NCBI GenBank assembly: GCA_009602725.1
Contig: WELB01000031.1
Span: forward strand, 83,861-111,408
From: Spirogloea muscicola
Lineage: Eukaryota
Direction of reading: 5' to 3'
Length of the DNA: 27,548 nt
A program made the translations under genes and the position numbers. Positions 20,345 through 27,548 of the stretch are shown piece by piece. Position 1 is the stretch's first letter. Every line of letters starts with the position of its first letter. The notes under the pieces are model-generated. The model saw nothing but the letters and a program-made list of their open reading frames with translations. It had not been told where the DNA came from and made no database searches.

Positions 20345-21365
20345 AGAAAAAGAGAAAAAGAGGGCCTAGCAAAGCCAACCCAGAAAAGAATGGACAATGT
20401 CCTCAGGCCTCGTAGGGCCACAAACCAGTGCCCGGAAAGACCAAACTACACACCAAGACACGAAATGATGCAGATGGAAGCTCAGTATCCACGAGTGAGC
20501 AACAGCAAATCAGAGCAACTCGAACTCGATCAGGAAAAGTGGCACTCTGCTGAGACCCTGAGGCAGCGGCCATGGCGCGGCCAGCGCGCGTGTCAATCGC
20601 ATGAGCCAAGGAGCGCTGGAGCGAGACCGCCACTTTCATTCGAAATACCTGAGCGAGGGAGCCGGAAGAAGGTGCTCGCCCATTGAGAAGAGGGGCTGGC
20701 AAAGCCAACCCAAAAAGAATGGACAATGTTCAAAGCCAAAGAAAGAGGTGCTGAAAAAGGACTACACTACAAAGTGCAAGATGGTGCAGAGGGAGATGCA
20801 GAGGGCTGCTCAGTATCCACGTGTGAGCAACAGCAGATCAGAGTAACTCGGAGCAGGAGAAGCGGCACTTTGCCAAGACCCGGAAGCAGCAGCCATAGCA
20901 CGGCCAGCCCGCGCGTGGACCGCATGAGCCAAAGAGCGCTGCAGCGAGACCGCCAGCCTCATCCGAAAGACCTGCGAGAGGGAGCCGGCAGCATTGAAGC
21001 CTGGCGAACCCTGCCGCCGCTCGATGGCCTCCCGGGCAAGCCGCTGGAGGAGATCCAACCAGCCACTGCCAAATGCCCCGTGTACGTCAATGGCCAGTGC
21101 CGCGAAGGCATCGCCTGGAGGGTGGTCAGAGTACTTGCGCTCCTTACTCCGAGCCGCCAGAGCGACCGCGTGCCCGACGAGCGTCGCGGACCTCGCGGGG
21201 TTGGCCGAATCAACCGGGTTGGCCGAAGCATTGAGGCCTGGCGAACCCGACCGCCGCTTGATGGCCTGCCGGGCAAGCTGCTGGAGGAGATCCAACCGGC
21301 CGCTGCCGAAGCCCCGTGAACGTCAATGGCCAAGGCCGCGAAGTCATCGCCTGGAGGGTGGTCAG
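20345..21365 (-). mobile_element. Nested subfamily A RLE/3'-end copies: a younger copy (~20669-21221) inserted into an older copy
   Basis: There are two complete SDLLLLTRGY-stop + UTR ends (stops ~20481 and ~20810). The older copy's GSPGLNAS/GSLAQVFRM is split by the younger copy. Confidence 0.85.
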
Positions 21366-21367
21366 CT

Positions 21368-21690
21368 GTTGTCCATTCCTATGGGCTGGCTTTTCCAGAT
21401 ACGCGGAAGCGCGGCCAGATTGACTGGTGGCTGGGAAAGGCCAGCCCAAAAGAATGGACAAATAGATAGGAGTGGTTACCCACATCTGTGGTGACCACGT
21501 AGGCACCGATGCGTGGAAAGGAAAGGAAGACTTGGGGAAAGCAGAAGGAAGGAGGGCGGTGGCTGTGGGAAAAGGGAAGACAGAAGAAGGAAAAGGGGAG
21601 GAAGCGGGCGAGAGAAAGTGCTTCCCAACAGAAGAAGCAGCTGGGCTGGCCATTCACAGCCCTCGCCCCAGTCGGAAGAAGCTCACTTAT
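21368..21690. mobile_element. Cluster of CRE-like terminal hairpin stubs in both orientations
   Basis: Plus-strand stub at 21368-21398, minus D stub at 21405-21460, partial minus stubs at ~21555-21575 and ~21612-21640, plus B stub at 21641-21690. Confidence 0.7.
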
Positions 21691-21810
21691 TCAGCGCCAG
21701 CGGCCACCCGCCCGGCGCCCACTCCTCCGCCTCTGCCACACCCTCTGGCCGCTCGCCTGGCGTCCAACACCACGGCAGAGCTGCGCAGCGAGCAGCCCTG
21801 ACGGCGCGCA

Positions 21811-22248
21811 ATGCCGCTCGCGTTACCCCGGGCCGACGGCGATGGCAGCAGCGGCAGCGAAGGACCCGACGACGGGCGCGCCGGTGGGCGGGCGGGCACG
21901 GTGTGGGTGCCGATGGCCGCCGATGGCGGCGCCTTGTCGGACATGATCCCGGTGACCTTTGGCGACAATAGTCAGCAGGATGGTCGCACGCCCGCCAGTA
22001 CCTCGTGCGGCGGCGGCGACGCGCCGGTAAATGACCTGAAAATGCACGTGCCAAAGCAACATAAAGAAGCGCTGCCGGCATTGGCGGCTGATTATTGGCC
22101 TTGGGCGCGCCTGTCGCTGCGTATGGGGCCCGGCCCTGGCGACGAGCCGCGCGAGCTGCCCGGGGCCACGAAGCTGGCGGCGCTGCCGCGCGGCGCGGGC
22201 TCCCCGGCCTGGCCCCTCTGCTTGCACATCGTGCATTCTGGTGCGTGA
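21811..22248 (+). CDS. Hypothetical protein or gene relic; weak resemblance to a Crinkler-type ubiquitin-like N-terminal domain
   Basis: GC-rich 145-aa ORF with TVWVPM..IPVTF..PVNDLKMHVPKQHKEALPALAA..LSLRM. No clear continuation. Confidence 0.25.
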   Translation: MPLALPRADGDGSSGSEGPDDGRAGGRAGTVWVPMAADGGALSDMIPVTFGDNSQQDGRTPASTSCGGGDAPVNDLKMHVPKQHKEALPALAADYWPWARLSLRMGPGPGDEPRELPGATKLAALPRGAGSPAWPLCLHIVHSGA

Positions 22249-23419
22249 TGCTCCGCCAGCTGCAGCAGTGTGCATCCACCAAGCCGCTACGCTCGGAGAA
22301 AGTAATGCAGAGGCCTGTAGGTTCCATTGGCGAATTTCGAACCGAAGCGCACGTTCAGCGCACCATTGCACGAGTAGATGCCCACGCCAGCCCTCGCGAG
22401 GAAGCTGGCTTCGCTTGCAGTCTTGCTGGTGGGAGGCTGCAGAGCTCACCGCCGGCAAAGTGGTGTTACATGTCCAACACGCACTGAGGCCTTACACTGC
22501 CGTGCAGCGAATCACTGGAAGCCACTTACTGAGGACAGGAGCGCTGCTAAGTCCGGATGCCCCATGCAGCATTGAGGTCCCGAGGCTTTCGCGTGGAGGG
22601 GTTGTGTAAGACTGTGCTGTCCCTTGCCTCGCAGTCATGGTGCAGCTTCTCATGGGCTCACCTGCCAGCCGGGAGAGACATACAAGGAGAGAAGAGGGAA
22701 GGGTTGGCCAAGCCATGCCGAAGCTTCCAAAACGCTCTTCCTAGAGAGCACGCGAGTTGTGCCACTTTCCTGCACTGAGCCGTGCAAGCTGCCCGGCACC
22801 TGCCTCTGGCCAACTCACATCTGCCACGGTTACTGCTGAGTGTCAGTTGCACACCAGAACTTTCATCCAGTGCCCCCCTATCCACTGCCGTAGCACGGGC
22901 CACACATTCTATTGCTGCTCCATAGTACCTCGCTTTGTTCAGTTAGAAAAGAGCTGAGCAAAGCCAGGACATCACAAGGTTATGGACAGTGGATGCACAA
23001 ATTAGACCACCACCAGCTTGGGCTGAACAGAAAAATGGAAATGATAGCTTGCTCGCGAACTTCCATTGACAAGGGACTTCCCACTGTCATGAAGAAACTC
23101 AAGCGAGCGAGGGCCTCCTCCAAGGGCTGATGAATGTTGCAGTGGCGCGCCCTCACAGAAATGGATCCAGACACCCACTGACCGTCAGTCGCCAAGGCAG
23201 CCGCCCCTATAATAGGTGAGCGTGTGACGGCGAGGCCACAATAGTGACAGCCTGAAGGGCTCCGTCATGGTGGGCTCAGCCTGAACTTCGTCCTTCGTTC
23301 ATTCTTTTTTGGGCTGCCTTTTTCCAGCCCCTATCAGGGAGGCCAAGCAGAGCGAGTACGCTGTCCATGCGGAAGACAAAGAAAGCGACTGGGGTATAAA
23401 CATTTCTTTGGGGTACAAA

Positions 23420-25470
23420 GAGAAAGTACCCGCCCATAGAGAAGAGGGGCTGGCAAAGCCAACCCAAAACGAATGGACAATGTTCAAAGCCAAAGAAAGA
23501 AGTGCCGGAAAAGGACTACACTACAAATTGCAAGACGCTGCAGAGGGAGATGCAGATGGATGCTCAGTAGCCACGTGTGAGCAACAGCAGATCAGAGTAA
23601 CTCGGAGCAGGAAAAGCGGCACTCTGCCGAGACCCGGAAGCAGCAGCCATAGCACGGCCAGCGCGCGCGTGGACCGCATGAGCCAAAGAACGCTGTATGG
23701 AGACTGCCAGCCTCATCCGAAAGACCTGCGCGAGGGAGCCGGCAGCATTGAAGCCTGGCGAACCGTGCCGCCGCTCGATGGCCTCCCGGGCAAGCTGCTG
23801 GAGGAGATCCAACCAGCCACTGCCAAAGGCCCCGTGTACGTCAATGGCCAGTGCCGCGAAGGCATCGCCTGGAGGGTGGTCAGAGTACTTGCGCTCTTAC
23901 TCCGAGCTGCCAAAGCGACCATGTGCCCGGCGAGCGTCGCGGACTTGACAGGGTAAGCGGAGTCGACGCAATCTGCAGTCACCACATCTGCGATGATATC
24001 AGGACCTCCTCCGGGTGGGATGGCAACTAGGTCCGCGCGGCGGTGTGAAGCTGTCCGTCGGCGCCCCGCTGGATGGGCACCATTGTCGTGTTTTCCACTG
24101 CTACCTTGTAGCCGGCCTCCAGGAACACACCCTGCATGGGGTCTGGCAGGAGGTCGTGTGTACCGGTCCGCTCGCCCCCGTGCACGCAGCGGAGCATTTG
24201 GGCAGCCAGCGCCGCAGGGTCATCGTGGCGGGCACCACACTCGCTCTGCTGGACCCCGACGAGGCAGGGAGGGAGGAGGCCCAGGAGCCGGTGGACCGCC
24301 GTCCTGAAAACCTTGTCTGGGATTGTGAGCGCCGCGTAGATGGGGAGCGCTGACAACCACGCCGCCGCCCCGGGGGAGGAGGCGGAAAGGATCCGGGCGC
24401 GGCCTCGAAGGTCGTGCGGCGGAAGGAGCTCCACCACCTGGTCATAGGCCGCTTTGTCCACCAGCGCAGTGAAGCGGGCCTGGGCATGTCGGGGGTGTGC
24501 GCGAAGAAAGAAAGTGCTCGCCCACTGAGGATAGGGGCTGGAAAGGCCAGCCAAGGAAAAGAATGAATAGAGTACGAGAAGGGGGCCAGGGGAAGCGCTA
24601 AGAAAAACAAGCACACAAAGAAACAAAGCAGCTACGAATCACTCAGTAACCTCTGCTAAGCAGCCGCAGATTAGAGATGCTAGGCTCCTGGAAGCGGGTC
24701 CCGCGCGAGGTCGCCAAACGGAACGACCTGCTTCGACATGTCGGGGTGGGCCGCCAGGAGCCCGTCGCGGGCAGCGTGAAGAGCAGCCTGGAAGGGCAAC
24801 GAGCCACTGTCTACTTCCGCTACCACCCGCTCCGCGGATGCCGTGAGCTTGGAACCGCTGGCAGAGGGGGGCAGCGACCTGGGCCCAGCTGCCCAGGTAG
24901 GCGGCCTCGCAGGCGCGGGCGACTGGGCGGCAGCCCAAACCGCCGCGGCTAATGGGTAGGCTAGCCTGGAGCAGCGCGGCTGGCGTGGTTAGGAAACCGG
25001 AGTGCTGGAGGAGAGTGGCAGCGCTTGCCAGGATGCCAAAGTCAAAAGCCGCGTACGCCGCCTTCACCGCCGGGAAGGAGGGAGGACGCGGGCCAAGTAG
25101 TGCGGACGCTGGGCAATGCACCTTGTCAACATAACGGTCGCCAGCTGCATGTCTTGCAGCGTGTGGAGACGGTCCGCCGGCCGGAGGTGGTCCAGCAGTC
25201 GTGCCTGGAGCTGCTCCACCACAAAGGCTGGGGAGCCTAAGGGGGCGCCGAAGAGGGTGAAGCCCCCGGATGGTATCTGGCAGCCCGAGGGAAGGCGCAG
25301 GTGGGCCTAGCAGGCTCTGGGGAGACCAAGCACTGCATTTCGCTGCGCGGATGCCCAGGCCGATCGCGCCCAGCTGCACTTCGAGGGTGGCAAAGACAAA
25401 CGCGACATCGTCTGGCGGCCCCACCAACGTGGTGTCATCCGCGTACGTAGGGGCGAGAACGCCCGGGTGA
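23420..25470 (-). mobile_element. CRE-clade retrotransposon subfamily A, 5'-truncated just before YADD, degenerate
   Basis: Reads HPGVLAPTYADDTTLVG (YADD ~25435-25446), QASLPISRGGLGCR, AYLGSWAQ, WLSALP, SECG..QMLRCVHGGERTGTHD, HRRADLV..IIADVV, LAIDVHG, RLAVSIQRSLA, SDLLLLTRGY-stop (23564). UTR hairpin at 23420-23480. Confidence 0.9.
24505..24702 (-). mobile_element. Subfamily C 3' end inserted into the subfamily A element
   Basis: Encodes RFQEPSISNLRLLSRGY-stop + UTR + hairpin. Flanked by direct repeat gcgcga (24499-24504 and 24703-24708). The host ORF VPFGDLAR|AHPRHAQARF rejoins across it. Confidence 0.85.
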
Positions 25471-25479
25471 GCCAAACAG

Positions 25480-25605
25480 TGGAACATTGAGAACAGCAGC
25501 CCACTGGCAGGGGTTTGGCAGCCTGGTGGTAAGTGGAGGTTGGTGGGGAGACCGCGAGGGGACCACTTCTTGGAGGGGCAAAGCTGCAGGTCCATTATGC
25601 TCAAT
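25480..25605 (-). mobile_element. Short CRE-like RT-thumb fragment
   Basis: PSKKWSPRGLPTNLHLPPGCQTPASGL is paralogous to 3640-3735 and 25260-25350. Confidence 0.7.
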
Positions 25606-26567
25606 ACGTGTTCCAGCTAGGGGGTAGGCCGCCATCACTTCTGACGGTGCGCCAACATGGGTGTCATCGGCGTATCCGTCGAAAAGCCATCTGGAAGGGC
25701 CTCCAGACAGTAGTCGGGGTGAATTTCTGTGCCGTCCTGATCCCTATACACGCAGTTAGGGGTTAGTACGTCCTTATTGAGGTCAGACCTAGGGGGTTTA
25801 GGAAATACACCCCTACACAGTTGAACGCCAGCGCACACGGAGCGCACACGTGCATCACATAGCACAGCGGAAGTCTTACCCTGAGTCACCGCCAAAAGGC
25901 GGCGACTCCACAGAGGGTCTTTAGTAGCTGTCCCCGGATGGGGCGCAACCATGCCACTCGCGGAGAGCCGGCGATGTCCGCCGCGACGAGCTACGGCGAT
26001 GGGCTGGGCAGCAGACGGCAGCAGCAGGGCTGGGGCGGCGGCTGCGGCAGGCAAGCAGGGCTGTGCCTTTCTCTGGGCGTCACTGGTCCGACTGAGGAGT
26101 CTGGCCTCGGCCTATACTTACAGCGTTCCACCTGCCACCCCTTCCCCGAGAGTGTGACGAGGGTAGCCCCAAGGTCCGGCCCTCGGAGGAACGGACCCGC
26201 ATAATGGGGACACGACTGGCGCGTGACGCGCAAGGTGCGGGCTCGCGTGGCGCGAGCCTGACGAAATGGTATACGAGTCCTGGGGACTGGCGCGTGCTGC
26301 GCGTGACTGGGATGTGAAGCGCGTGACGGGCGTGTGGCGCGCGTGAAGCCCTTATCGCAACCGTTCCCCAAACAGGAGGGACGTTACACTCCGGGTCGGT
26401 TGTCGAAGTGTTTCGGATGCGCCTGACCATCTCCCTGCAGAGGTCCCCTTGCCTTCGCCGTCCACGTGCGTGCAGGTCGCGCCTTGGCTGCTGCTTCCGG
26501 TTTCCGTCAGGGCGACGTCTGACCACCCTCTAGCTAGTCCAACCTCCATTAACTCTCCCCTCCGTCA

Positions 26568-27548
26568 TTTGGCCCCTTCGAACCTTTGTCAATTCTTGTC
26601 GGGCTGGCTTTTCACAGCCCTTGCCCCCATTGGGCCACTTCTTTCAGCCACCAGTCAATCTGGCCGCGCTTTCTTCCATATACTGACTAGAGGTCACTGA
26701 GAGCCTACTTGCTGACGTCTTTGCGTTTTGTATCTTGCTTCTTGTTCTATGGCCCCTTCGAACCTTAGTCAATTCTTTTCGGGCTGGCTTTTCACAGCCC
26801 TTGCCCCCATTGAGAGTGCTACTTCTCTTCTTCTTGTGCCATCCGGCCCTTTCAGACTTAGAGAAGAGGGGCTGGCAAAGACCAGCCCTAAGCCTTTCAG
26901 ACTTTGTCCATTCGTTTGGGCTGGCCTCTCTCTCTTCTTCTTCTTCTCACAGCCCTTGCCCCCAATAGAAGAAAATGCTCGCCCATAGAGAAGAGGGGCT
27001 GGCAAAGAAAGAAGTGCTCGCCTACAGGGAAGAGGGGCTGGCAAAGCCAGCCTAAACAGAATGGACAATGTCCAAAGCCAAAGAAAGAGGTGCCGAAAAA
27101 GGACTACACGACTAAACACGACAACGCACCAGGGGAGCTCAGTCCCGCGAGTGAGCAACATCAGGTCGGAGTAGCTCGTTGCCGGGAAGGAGGCACTCCG
27201 CCGAGACCTGGAGGCGGCGGCCAGAGCACGTCCTGCGTGCGTGTGGACTGCTTGGGCACTCCGGCTCCTTCAGACCTTGTCCATTCCTTTGGGCTGGCCT
27301 TTCCCAGCCACCAGTCACCGTAGCCGCGCTTTCTTCGTGGGCAAGGGAGCGTTGGAGAAAGTGCTCGCCCATTGAGAATAGGGGCTGGAACAACTAGCCC
27401 GAAAAAGAATGAACAGAGTACGAGAAGGGGGCCAGGGGAAGCGCTAAGTAACAGAAACAAAGCTGCTACGAGACACTCAGTAACCCTGCTAAGCAGCCGC
27501 AGATCAGAGATGCTGGGCTCCTGGAAGTGGGTCCCCTGGCCAGAGCCA
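26568..27548. mobile_element. Dense nest of about nine CRE-like 3' ends from several subfamilies, both orientations, running off the window end
   Basis: Hairpin units at about 26585, 26645, 26768, 26860 (-), 26903, 26968 (-), 27008 (-), 27277 and 27356 (-). C-terminal tails LTRGH-stop (26683-26700), SDLMLLTRG (~27140-27170, -) and SDLRLLSR (~27478-27510, -). Confidence 0.85.

Noticed and set aside
22490..23290. Short ORFs in 22.5-23.3 kb and 19.1-19.7 kb
   Set aside because: Stop-ridden with no identifiable domain; may be old repeat debris but cannot be supported.
26238..26290. Hammerhead ribozyme (ctgacga) or tRNA-Met primer-binding site (tggtatacgag)
   Set aside because: There is no stem II followed by GAAA and no NUH cleavage triplet. 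The PBS match to TGGTATCAGAGC is imperfect and no LTR end is adjacent.
26568..27420. CRISPR-like array of hairpin repeats
   Set aside because: Units vary in orientation, length and subfamily, carry retrotransposon C-terminal coding sequence and TSDs, and no cas genes are present in this eukaryotic context.

Overview
Eukaryotic, intron-rich, GC-rich DNA with two assembly gaps (12138-12317, 16515-17402). A green alga or early streptophyte is inferred from a PTF2/BRF2-like gene and TTTAGGG-type repeats. Three spliced host genes can be rebuilt by eye: an RRM + RS-like + coiled-coil protein (+, 6362-9656, 12 exons), a short-chain dehydrogenase/reductase (-, 10041-~12381) and a TFIIB-family BRF2/PTF2-like factor (-, 13653-17744). 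Much of the remainder is a radiation of degenerate CRE-clade non-LTR retrotransposons (RT + CCHC + restriction-like endonuclease). There are two long 5'-truncated copies (2210-5376 +, 23420-25470 -) and roughly 30 short 3'-end stubs (counted by eye) from about five or six subfamilies. The subfamilies have unrelated 3' UTRs but share a C-terminal peptide (xDLxLLTRGY-stop) and a terminal motif, YCATTCTTTTGGGCTG-loop-CAGCC, with an apparently covarying outer stem and a TTC-rich tail. They insert into one another with short TSDs, can be as short as 33 nt, and sit co-oriented just upstream of all three host genes. Two possible Crinkler-like relics are also present. All assignments come from manual reading; no database searches were run.
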